NCBI RefSeq assembly: GCF_006345805.1
Contig: NC_043000.1
Span: 106,764,001 to 106,828,000 of the forward strand
DNA: 64,000 nucleotides
Origin: Octopus sinensis
Lineage: Eukaryota
Direction: 5' to 3'
The notes under the pieces were generated by a model. That model had not been told where the DNA came from. It was given only the letters and a program-made list of their open reading frames with translations, and did not search any database. This document shows positions 41,076 through 53,114 of the stretch, piece by piece. Numbering within the stretch: the first letter of the stretch is position 1; each line of letters opens with the position of its first letter. The position numbers were made by a program, and so were the translations under genes.

Positions 41076-41773
41076 GGGTTACTATATTATGGAAATAAAA
41101 ATGAAATTCATAAAAATAATATCAATAATGTCAATGAATACAAAAAAATACGAGGAAGAAAAAATAATTAAGAAACAATCACACGAAGAAATACAAGGGG
41201 AATACGGTGTGTGTTAAAATTTAATCTTTTCTTTCTTTATCTCAAATTACATTATTTTTGAAATGAGTCTTTTTCATAAATTCTTGCTCGATGGGAGAAC
41301 ATTAATGTGACCTCCATCTCTATTCAAGTAGATTATAAAGATTATTTTCTATTTCACCTTCAGACTCTCTCTCTCTCTCCCACTATCTTTCCTCCCACAC
41401 ACAAACTGCCTCTCTATGTCAAGACTTGAGAGATAGACAGATTAAATAACATAGGTATTGACCCACGGTCTAGAGAAACTGACCACAGTGATTATTAGCG
41501 GGAGCAGCTTATATTGAAAGTCTGTCCATGGGTGGAATTTACCATGGTGGAATATACCGTGGTGGAATTTACCTATTTCTTTTTTTTTCCTTCTTTTTTC
41601 TGTAGTTTCAGCTCAGAGCTGCGGCCATGCTGATGCACCGCCGTTGAGAATATGGAACGCTTCACGAATTTGCGTGTCATCCTTGCGCAGGGGCCATGCT
41701 AATCTTCTCTGTATCGTTCTAATTTTAGTATAAGTACTGCTGAAACAAGAACTATGGTGAAATTTACCCAGAA

Positions 41774-41775
<2 letters not shown>
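40935..41775. mobile_element. Putative non-autonomous DNA transposon in a (TA)n array, hosting the U6 insertion
   Basis: Imperfect 20-bp TIR (ggtgaccggtaaattccacc / ggttctgggtaaatttcacc) with subterminal 15-bp repeats; (TA)n on both flanks. Confidence 0.45.
41649..41752 (-). pseudogene. U6: U6 snRNA retrocopy (full length, lacks oligo-T terminator)
   Basis: Reverse complement reads GTTCTTGTTTCAGCAGTACTTATACTAAAATTAGAACGATACAGAGAAGATTAGCATGGCCCCTGCGCAAGGATGACACGCAAATTCGTGAAGCGTTCCATATT. It includes the ACAGAGA box, AGC triad and internal stem-loop of U6, with a few substitutions in the 5' stem. It runs directly into a retroposon tail rather than TTTTT. Confidence 0.93.
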
Positions 41776-41807
<32 letters not shown>

Positions 41808-42258
41808 TGTTGTACCTTGGGAAGGTCATTATGCTCGTAAGAAACACGTACTGGTTCTATTTCACATTTTTTATTATTAGTCAAACAATTAACTGTTTAA
41901 CTAATTAACTAATCGATCAGTCAATCGATGAGATAGATAAGTCAGAGTCCTTTCATTGCCATTGTTAACCAGTTGCTAAATAAGAATAAAAGAAGTATGA
42001 TATAGCCAGTGCGTGTGCTTCTTATTAGTATAACAATCGTCCCAAAATACAACAAAATCTGTTTCAATACACACACGATTTCCCATCCGCCAACAGTCGT
42101 CGCCTACCATCGAACATAAAAAGAATTTTTTCAGCTTATCGTTCTTCGATACGAAAAAAATCCACAACCTTCAGTCTCAATAAACCACTATTTTCCCTGA
42201 AAGTTGTCTTTTTATATTTACTACGGATTGCTTGAAGCTAACTTTCTTCCTATACCTC

Positions 42259-42293
<35 letters not shown>

Positions 42294-43254
42294 TAACTAA
42301 AAAGCTAGCTCCTGTGGAGGGCTCTTCATTGGGCCTTGAGCTCAATAATGACACTTCATGCATTGAGTACATATTAAATTTTATTAAACTTGACCGATAT
42401 TTTTCAAGCACCTTAAAAAGTAAGACCTATTAGATAATGTAGTCCACGGAAAATTATGCGTTAAAATACGACAATATCAGGGTTGGAAAGACTTTGATTA
42501 TAGATCAGCTAAGTCAAGGAGCTTATCTTGTCTATATTTTGTATCTATTTAAATTGTTTTCAGTATTAAAATTTTAATAGGAAAAAAAATCTGGTTTGCA
42601 TAAAACAAATTGTTAAAAATGTCCTAGCCAAAAGTTTGTTGTTTTGCAAGTATTTAGCCACCGCCCCACGCCAGCGACAACTGTTCTAATGTGAGGGGAG
42701 AATATTTTTAGAATTGATTATTTAAAAAGAAAAAAAGATTTTAAATTAAACAAGCGATGCTATAATAACTGATGTACCTTGAATATAAGGTCCTTAGTGG
42801 TTCTTTTAAGAACAATGATAATATTCTGATGTGACCATGAAATTAGACAATAAATATATTTATATGATAAGGAGATAAAGATATTTTAAGACCAAAACTT
42901 TTAAATAATAAATTTAGATTACGTCTTACTAGTTTCGAAGATTAAAACAGCTGCACTCCCACGATGTCAGACAAGATGTTAGATATAACAGCGGCAATTC
43001 ATTCTGTTTTTCGACGGGGACATTAATCATTTATATTGATAACTAAGATAATTCAAAGAAAGTCGAGTATAACAGTATTTTCAAATGCTAACATTATTGA
43101 TCTCTGACGCAAAATGAGGTTGATGTAATACTATAAAGGTCGGTAAAACGACAATGCCTATAGTTAATGATATAAATATTGTAGTTTTTATACTCTGGTT
43201 GTAGATTTACATTCATATATTATAATTATATAATTAACTTATTGTATTCAGTAT

Positions 43255-43600
43255 TCAGGTGAACAACAAATCGTCGGAAAAATGGTTAAAAGAGGCACAG
43301 AAAGCGTCACTACGCAAAAAAAGCAATGAAGGTCGAAACTACGTGCACAATGCAGAGAACAAAACACAAAAGGACAGAAAAAATATAAGTAAAGGATTTA
43401 CAAGTAGGAAAGGATGCATAGGTACATCAAGAATGTTGGTGAATTTCAGGAAGTAGTGGCCAAACAGTTAATAACCGACCGGATAATTTATTCCATGCTT
43501 TGACAATTCTGTGCGTGAAAAATGTTTCCAAATATGTATAACCCAATAGATAAGCACGTACACAAGTTTCCACATTTTTACTTAAGTTTCTCATCCCTGA
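43255..43600 (-). mobile_element. CR1/L2-like LINE 3' end
   Basis: FFTHRIVKAWNKL motif typical of CR1-group C-termini, followed by 3' UTR. Confidence 0.7.
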
Positions 43601-43611
43601 GATTAAAAAGT

Positions 43612-43824
43612 AGATACTCTTTACTCTTTTACTTGTTTCAGTCATTTGACTGCGGCCATGCTGGGGCATTGCCTTTAGTCGATCAAATCGACCCCAGGAA
43701 TTATTTTTTGTAAGCCCAGTACTTATTCTATCGGTCTCTTTTGCCGAACCGCTAAGTTACGGGGACGTAAACACACCAGCATCGGCTGTCAAGCAATGTT
43801 GGGGGGACAAACACAGACACACAA

Positions 43825-43871
<47 letters not shown>

Positions 43872-44678
43872 CATATATATGTGTACATATATACGACGGG
43901 CTTCTTTATAAATATATATGTATATATATAGGCGCAGGAGTAGCTGTGTGGTAAGTAGCTTGCTTACCAACCACATGGTTCCGGGTTCAGTCCCAGTGCG
44001 TGGCATCTTGGGCAAGTGTCTTCTGCTATAGCCTCGGGCCGACCAATGCCTTGTGAGTGGATTTGGTAGACGGAAACTGAAAGAAGCCTGTCGTATATTA
44101 TGTATATATATATATATATATATATGTGTGTATGTTTGTGTGTTGTGTTTTGTTCCCCTATCATTGCTTGACAACCGATGCTGGTGTGTTTTACGTCCCC
44201 GTCACTTATGGTTCGGCAAAAGAGACCGATAGAATAAGTACTGGGCTTACAAAGAATAAGTCCCGGGGTCGAGTTGCTCGATTAAAGGCGGTGCTCCCGC
44301 ATGGCCGCAGTCAAATGACTGAACAAGTAAAAGAGTAAAGAGTATATATATATATACCCAGTGGTTAGGGCAGCGGACTCGCGGTCATAGGATCGCGGTT
44401 TCGATTCCCAGACCGGGCGTTGTGAGTGTTTATTGAGCGAAAACACCTAAAGCTCCACGAGGCTCCGGCATGGTGGTGATCCCTGCTGTACTCTTCACCA
44501 CTCTTACGTCCCGTTTCTGTTGTACCCCTGTGGTAAGTAGCTTGCTTACCAACCACATGGTTGGCAAGTGTCTTCTGCTATAGCCTCGGGCCGACCAATC
44601 CCTTGTGAGTGGATTTGGTAGACGGAAACTGAAAGAAGCCTGTCGTATATATGTGTATATATATATATAATATATATA

Positions 44679-44721
<43 letters not shown>

Positions 44722-44940
44722 ATTATATATAGTATGTGTATTGTTTTTGTGTGTATGTGTACCTGTATTTCAAAGGCCGGCCTTGTCACTCTCTCTGTCA
44801 CGCTGAATATCTCCGAGAACTACGTTAAGGTACACGTGTCTGTGGAGTGCTCAGCTACTTACACGTTAATTTCACGAGCAGGCTGTTCCGTTGATTCGGA
44901 TCAACCGAACCCTCGTCGTCGTAACCGACGGAGTGCTTCC

Positions 44941-44972
<32 letters not shown>

Positions 44973-45115
44973 TATATACGACTGGCTTCTTTCAGTTTCC
45001 GTCTGGTCGGCCCGAGGCTATAGTAGAAGACACTTGCCCAAGGTGCCACGCAGTGAGACTGAACCCAGAACCATGTGGTTGGTAAGTAAGCTGCTTACCA
45101 CAAAGCCACTCCTTG
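43612..45115. mobile_element. SINE pile-up: family A (-) 43612-43905, A (+) 43931-44345, tRNA-headed family C (+) 44357-44940 interrupted by an A head (44527-44660), A head (-) 44978-45115
   Basis: Each segment matches other copies in the window; family C head gtggttagggcagcggactcgcggtc...gtttcgattcccagaccgggcg matches 13050-13150. Confidence 0.85.
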
Positions 45116-46028
45116 CCTATCAACGAATTTCTTCTGACAATTAAAATGTTAACACCTTGAAAAGATTCATTGTTCTCCGGAAACTTTGATTCAACTCAGG
45201 TTACAAGCGAACGAAACAATCTTCTTGAATCTTAATTAGAAGCCGTCTCTTATTCCTTAGCAAGAACTTCTCTTAATTACAGGCGAAACATAACCTACCT
45301 ATGTCTCGGTCAGGAGGGATATGAGAGCGCAGTGTAACTGGAGATCAGTACCGACCAGTGTAAGCCTGTCGTGGATATTAGAAGTACTTACTTTACTAAC
45401 ACGAACTTTATACAACCACAAATGTACACACATACAGGTTTCCGTATATTACAAAAACAAGAAATTCACTTAAAATACTACTGTTGTTTCCTTCCAATGA
45501 TGATTTTTACCTCAGAAAACCAGTTAAATAGATTTAATTAGGTACATATTAATTAATAGAATAAATGAAGGCGAGATACATAGATGTGTAGATAAATAGA
45601 TCGATAAAGACAAAGAGACGCATAAAAGCGTAAATATAGGAATAAAGAGAAAATAGACATAAAAATAAATGAGTATAGAAAATATTGAAAGATATTCAGT
45701 TAAAAGACATCTTTTTAAAATATTTTCTTTATAAGACACAATATTATTTCTGTTCAAACAGTATCAACAGCATCATCATCATCATCATCATCATCATCGT
45801 CATCATCATCACCAAAACAGTTACGATGACGACGACCACCACTAGCAACCGGCACCGCCATTACTAATACTGCTGCTGTCGTTCTAATACTACTACTGCT
45901 ACTATTACTACTATGCTTTATTTACTTGTCCATTCATTCTACAATAACAGTACCAAAAATAACAAAGACTACTGTTACCACCACCACCTCTTCTTCTTCT
46001 TCTTCTTCTTCTTCTTCTTCTTCTTCTT

Positions 46029-46087
<59 letters not shown>

Positions 46088-46325
46088 TCATCATTCGTTT
46101 CATTACATTTTACGTTTTCAAAATTAGTTATGTAATAAATTTTTTTTTATTTGTTTGTTTTTTCTTACACCGACTTTTCAAATCTTACAATATGTGTCTG
46201 GTATAGCTTTCAAAGCTTGTCATTTCTTCACAATCTGATTAATTATATTTTCACTATAACTTCGTCAGTATCAGCAAAAACCATAGTTATTTATTTTATA
46301 CTTTGAATCACCTTTCATAATTATG

Positions 46326-46432
<107 letters not shown>

Positions 46433-46819
46433 GCAAAGTGTATACATTTATGCATAAATACACTTGCATTTAAATCAAGAATTCATCTTTCGTCATATAG
46501 GTAATTGAAATAGCACAGTATTAGGAAACTATATATGTGCTTGAAAAATAATAATATCAATAGTTTCAATACCGCCTGGATTATTCTCCGCTTCAGTTCC
46601 GAGTACATCCATTACTCTGAATTCTGCGGCTTCTGTAGAGACGAAACTTAATTCATCACTACCAAGTCGTTACGTAGAAGATCATAGTTCAAATCGAAAT
46701 GCTGACATGAAAATAAATTCAGTTCCTCAAATCTCAAAAGATTTAAGCTTGACTATTAAAAAACAAAACAATCGCCACCAGAACGCAGGATTTTAACACT
46801 ATTGGCATAAATAGGGCTG

Positions 46820-47165
46820 ACAATATGTACATCTGACGATATGTGCATCACGAGCAGAAGTGTTGAGAAGAATTCTTTGGGGGTTTGAATAATTCACTCC
46901 TGGAAACATGGGTGTTTCGTTCAACATGCTTAAACAACTCTTATTCTGAGCGGGATAGGCTGCTCGACTTGAAAAACGTTCTAACTGGCTCTCACATGCT
47001 AGGTCATGTGCTGTTTATCTTGATATGAGATCACTATGTCGCTCATATGTGGTTGTGATGCATGTGCCTGGTGTACCCTTATCATACGGGTAGTCATGAT
47101 GGGCATACTGGGCTTCATATATTTATACCTCAGTGTCACTTGATGGCATGGGCTGCTTTCTCACT
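46820..47165 (+). repeat. Family D repeat, second copy
   Basis: Same motifs; ends in (CAA)(TAA)n. Confidence 0.85.
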
Positions 47166-47241
47166 CAACAACAACAATAATAATAATAATAATAATAATG
47201 ATGATGATGATGATAATATAATAATGATAATAATAATAATA

Positions 47242-47272
<31 letters not shown>

Positions 47273-47280
47273 TAATAATG

Positions 47281-47313
<33 letters not shown>

Positions 47314-47364
47314 TAATAATAATAATAAACAACACAATAATAATAATAATACAATACCAGTTAC

Positions 47365-47530
47365 AATACAATACCAGTGATCGTAGGAGCACTAGGAATA
47401 ATCAAGCACTAGGAATGATCAAGAAGGGAACCGAAAATTATATGAGATGATCCCTGGCTTCCATCCCTGCAAGAAGTGCAAAAGAATTGTCTTAACTGGT
47501 ACATCACACGTATTGAGAAGAGCATTGTCG
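47365..47530 (+). mobile_element. Dong/R4 3' fragment
   Basis: IPVIVGALG(I/M)IKKG...LQEVQK.IVLTGTSHVLRRALSM*; sits between (TAA)n arrays. Confidence 0.8.
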
Positions 47531-47683
47531 ATGTGAGAACTATTACTACCCATGTTTTTAATTTAACTATTTCTATCAAAAAAAATGAACGAACTAGTGA
47601 GTTTAATTAATGGCCTACCAATGTATACTATGAGTTCACTCGCAAGAAATGGAAGCAAATTTGAAAGAATAATAATAATAATA

Positions 47684-47716
<33 letters not shown>

Positions 47717-47736
47717 GATGATGATGATGATGATGT

Positions 47737-47774
<38 letters not shown>

Positions 47775-47789
47775 AATAATAATAATAAT

Positions 47790-48385
47790 AAAAATGACCA
47801 CATCTCACTCCTCTGGAACTTCACCATTCAAACTGACAGGAAGATAGATGCAATAGGCCAGACATCATATTGAAAGACTTCAGACAAAGACATGCCTCCT
47901 CATTGATATGACTGTCCCAATCGATATAAACGTATCTGTCAAGACCTACCAAAAACTGAGCAAATATAAAGATCTTGAAATAGAAATCAGCAAAATGTGG
48001 AAGCTGAAGACTAAAACAATACCTGTTTTTGTCATAGGTGCCCTGGGAATGATAGCGAAAGGGACTGATTGCTACCTAACTCAGATACCAGGAAACCCCA
48101 AAATGGCAGAAATTCAAAAGATAGTGCTCATGGGAACTGCTCATATCCTACGCAAAATACTCTCTATGTAATCCCAAGGTTTAAAAAACAACTTTTTATT
48201 TATTTTTATTTTTTTATTTTTTTTTATTTATTTTTATTTTTATGTATTAGACATTCACTAGTACAACACCAAAAAAAAAAAACCCCCAAATATTGGCACA
48301 GAACTTCCACCCTGTTGTCTCTTGAGGTCTCTTGGTGAGACTTGGAGCCAACTTGTACAGACATAAAGCAAAAGTCAAACTAGAA
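47790..48385 (+). mobile_element. Dong/R4 3' fragment with 3' UTR
   Basis: LLWNFTIQTDRKIDA.RPDII...IDMTVPIDINVSVKTYQKLSKYKDLEIEISKMWKLKTKTIPVFVIGALGMI...QKIVLMGTAHILRKILSM*; (TAA)n on both sides. Confidence 0.9.
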
Positions 48386-48387
48386 TA

Positions 48388-48421
<34 letters not shown>

Positions 48422-48782
48422 TAATAATATAATAATAATATAATAATAATAATAATATATAAAATACTAATAATAAGAAGAGAAGAAGAAAAGAAGAAGA
48501 AGAAGAAGAAGAATCTTTTCTACTAAAAGTACAAGCTGAAATTTGGAGGAGGGGACTCATCGATTACATCGACCCTAGTGCGTAATAATACAATAATAAT
48601 AATAATAATAATATAATAATAATGATAATAATAATAATAATGATAATAATAATAATAAAAGTAATATAATAATAATAATCATAATAATATAATAATAAAA
48701 TAACAATAATAATATAATAATAATAATAATAATTAATAATAATAATATAATAATAATATAATAATAATAATGATAATGATAA

Positions 48783-49065
48783 TACCAGGCACTGATTCTT
48801 ATGGCTTCTGATCTTAGCTCATTGAAAGTGTTGTCATGTATATGCTTTGTCTGGGTGTAAAAGGTGGGCTACAACTTATATTTTGCTCAAAACCATGGAT
48901 TTGCTCATCAGTTGTTGAGCTTAACTAGTTGAGAATGTCTCTTGGTGGCTGACAATAAGCGCAACTCTGATGACGAGAAGTAATGGAGGAGCACCATAGC
49001 CATGCAAGGTTTATCTTGATATACGTTTACCATGTTGTGCACATATGGTTGTGATGCATGTGCCT
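48783..49065 (+). repeat. Family D repeat, 5' part with internal deletion
   Basis: Starts right after (TAA)n; shares the ggctgac and cttgatat...gcatgtgcct motifs. Confidence 0.75.
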
Positions 49066-49189
49066 AATAAATGAGGAAAGTATTAGGTAGTTGAAAAGAA
49101 TAGATAGCATAGCACCGTAGAGGTATATGAAGCAAGCCCGCTATACATGCAAGACTCCAGTTGTAGGATGTAAAGCGTGACTGGAAAGT

Positions 49190-49400
49190 CAACCAACCAA
49201 CCACAACCAACCAACCAACCAACCAACCAACCAACCAACCAACCAACCAACCAACCAACCAACCGATCAACCAACCAACCAACCAACCAACCAATTAACC
49301 AACCAACCAACCAACCAACCAACCAATCAACCAACCAACCAATCAACTAACCAACCAACCAACCAACCAACCAACCAACCAACCAACCAACCAACCAACT
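49190..49400. repeat. (AACC)n microsatellite
   Basis: About 200 bp of AACC units. Confidence 0.99.
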
Positions 49401-49439
49401 TAGCAATATTTATAATATGTTTCGGCTATTAAATATATA

Positions 49440-50310
49440 TGAACTCCCTCAGTCCGAGGGAGTTCATGGTGCTTGTGAGGTCGTTTCTGAGCCTGTCTAT
49501 CGTGTGACTGTTAGCCCCTCCTGATATTACCAGCGCATCGTCACTGTAGAGACCAAAGCTAGTTGAAGGGAATTTCTTTTTTAGTATATCTTTTTAGTAC
49601 ATATTTTTTAGGATGAAGAGACCGACTAGGTCACATACGTCAGTAATGTCAAAAGCACACATTGCTACGTCGACGGAGCCCTCTTGGTCAGTGTGTTTGA
49701 CCCAAGCAAATCCCTTACTGAAGAGTAGGTTTCTGCTGACGTGCATGATAATGCGTATGTCCTCGTCGACTTCAGTGCGGTTCCTAGCGAAGTCCAGTGC
49801 CTTTAACAGGAGCTCCCTTGATATAGCTGGGTAAAAATCCACTATATCGAATTGGGTAAACCTAGCTCTGCCCCTACTGATGTTGGTCTTAAAACATTTA
49901 CTGACTTCAGTGGTGTTGTGCCATAGGGTGAGGTCAGAGGCGGTTCTAACGCCGTTAGTGATCTTCCAGATGAGCTGTTTGCTTACCTGTCCGATCTCAG
50001 ACATCGCCGGGTTTATCAGCCTGCATTTAGGGTTAGAGACAAATTTAGGCTTATGATCCTTGATCGTTATGAAGACCTGAAGACCTCTTTCTTCGCCAGC
50101 GTCACAACCCTATCTTCTATGTCTAACTTAAGAGTTATATCTCTGGCCTCCTAGTTAATACTATCCTACGTCTTGATGGGTAGCCCTCCTCCTGTACGTC
50201 TGAGTAATATTGTTGTTAAGAAGCTGTGTGTGTGTGTCACTACTTACTCTGTCTAAATTTTTTGTTTTATCAGAGAAGAGAACGGTCCTATCAGAAGATT
50301 TAAGCTTGCG
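49440..50310 (-). mobile_element. Penelope-like element reverse transcriptase fragment (GLYxDD type)
   Basis: FITIKDHKPKF..NPKCRLINPAMSEIG...QFDIVDFYPAIS...DVAM.AFD..DVCDLVGLFIL...FGLYSDDAL; frameshifts and stops. Confidence 0.9.
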
Positions 50311-50313
50311 ATG

Positions 50314-50395
<82 letters not shown>

Positions 50396-50962
50396 AGTCA
50401 ATGTGTCGATCATATGCAATTTAGAACCTGTATATGTTAAATATGTGAATAAGGTACAGTATCTAAGAATATTTATCAATGTATCTGTGTGTGTGTGTGT
50501 GTGTGTGGTGTGTGTGTGTGCAGGTGGGCATAACGTACTGTGATATATCATCATATCTGAGTGTGAACAGGATGTGTTTAATTTTAAATGTATACTTCAC
50601 AAATATTCTGATCACATGTTTTGACATATATTTGCTTATAACTTCTTTCTGCTGTAACCTACCAACATCTTCTAAATGTTAAATAAGATTTTCTGATAAA
50701 TAATATTGGATTAAGTTTACTTTCAGAGTTCTTCGACAAATATAAGCAAATGTAGAGAAAATTTTAATAACGATTAAATCATCCACATAACTGCTCCCAC
50801 ACATACCTATACATACAAGCACACACCATTCAACGTTTAGAGAAGACTCATATATGTCAGCGAGAATCGTATAAATGTCTCATAAGGTTTGCACCCGCTT
50901 CCTTTCCCTCCTTTTCCAAACTCTATCTCCCCCTCTCTCTTTCTTATATGTGTGTGTATGAA

Positions 50963-51009
<47 letters not shown>

Positions 51010-51083
51010 GTATATATGTATTATATACATATATATGTGTGTGTATATATGTATATCTATCTCTCTGTCGCTCTTTATATATA

Positions 51084-51178
<95 letters not shown>

Positions 51179-51771
51179 ACATACATATACATGCATGCAT
51201 ATTTTTAAGAGTTTTCAGTTTTCTGCCCAGGTTCCGTTTACTAAAATTCACTCACAAAGTACAGGTCAACTTGAGGCCGGAGTAGAAAATACTTCTCCAA
51301 GGTATCACATATTGAATTTGAAACCATTTGATAGGAGAGGTCAAGCAATGAAAAATACATGAAAATATGTGAAACTGTACGCTTGTATGTAAGCTTGGTA
51401 AATTGAAGCATACAACTGTTTTATATATTAGTGAGTTACCTTATACATACCATACGTACATTGCTATGAGTGAGAGTGTAAAAGTGTACAACTACGTACT
51501 TGTATGTCATTATACTACTTTGTGAAATATCCCGCATGACTGATAAAAGGATTCCATAAGTGAATGGCAGCATACATATATTTGAGATATGTTTGATGAT
51601 GACAGGAAAACTAAAGAGCAATAGAAGAGACATTTCATATATCAGTATTTCTTAGGTTTCGCGTTGATGTCTGGTAACGCACACAAACATATTTTGTATC
51701 ATATGTACAGGGCATAGATGGAAACGGGAGTGGACGCTGCTGATACCACTAAATGTTCATATATCTGTATT

Positions 51772-51803
<32 letters not shown>

Positions 51804-53114
51804 ACACATGCACGCATACACACACAGACACACACACCAACACATATTAGATCATCCCATAAATAATGCGTTTCGTTTTTCAGTTGCATGATAAACTACC
51901 TGCATAAACTTGCTATAAAAGCAGGTAGTAATTTTACCTCGTGGAAGTTTTGAAGAGTGCAGTTCGATTTTAACAGTTTTTTTTTTCAAAGCTATAATGG
52001 AAGTGACAAAGGAGTATATTTGGCATATTTTGCTTTATGAGTTCAATAAATAACGTGGAGGAACATCACTTGTGTGTAATAGCATGGGATAACATATATC
52101 CAATATACTGCCAGTAAAGCACCCAACAAAGTTAATACATAAATGTTAAGAATTGCGATGCAATTAATTCATTTATTGTATTATATGGGTGAAGGTAAGA
52201 TGTTTTACCACAAATTCATAATACAAAATAAGAAAATGGAGAAATACACCTTAATCAATAATCAACTACCAGATAATACCCATTCACATAATTTATTAAA
52301 CAACTACATATGAACATCAAGGTCAAACATAATAGTACAGAACAAAACAGTGCACATCAATGAGTAATATGATACAATAAGTACAATATGTATAAATAAA
52401 TATTAAAAGTGTGTAACTCTCGGTACCAATAAATTATTGTTTCATATCGTATACTGTCCACTTTCTGTTATCTATACCAGCTACTTACTGCTTGAATCCT
52501 TCTAGCTTCCTACATTCGGATCACCGGATCGTATATGTGTGTGTGAGTGTATGCATATATGTATGTATATATATATATATATATATAATATATATATATA
52601 TATATTATATATATATACTCATACATACCTACACGCATACACGCACACATATACACATAGGCATTTACACACATAGGTATACATATATTTGCTACCAAAT
52701 TAATCAAATGTACGTGCATGTCCACATGATCTGGTAACTCTTACCAGTGGGACCAAATTATTTTTCTTATATAAGCAAGACAATTGATTTCTTTCCCTTA
52801 TGGCAGATATGTTTCATCTCTTATCATGCTAGCTTTTCTATATATTTATTTTCAGTGTGACGAATTTTTTTCATTTATTACAGTATATACATTTTCTTCT
52901 TTTTCCTTTTTTTTAGCTTCATATCATCTTTAGTATACAAGAGGAACCAAATTAGTTTCTTAAACGAGTAGAAAAATATCTTACATATCGGACGTTGTCC
53001 TTCATCTATTAGGTTTTTGCCATATATATATTTTTTAGTAGAACGACATTTTTCTCATTTATTACTTGCATTTACGTTTCCTCACATGTTTAAACTATTA
53101 AAATTATATTTCCA

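Noticed and set aside
41649-41752. U6 as a functional snRNA gene
   Set aside because: No oligo-T terminator, substitutions in the 5' stem, fused retroposon tail and flanking direct repeats indicate a retrocopy.
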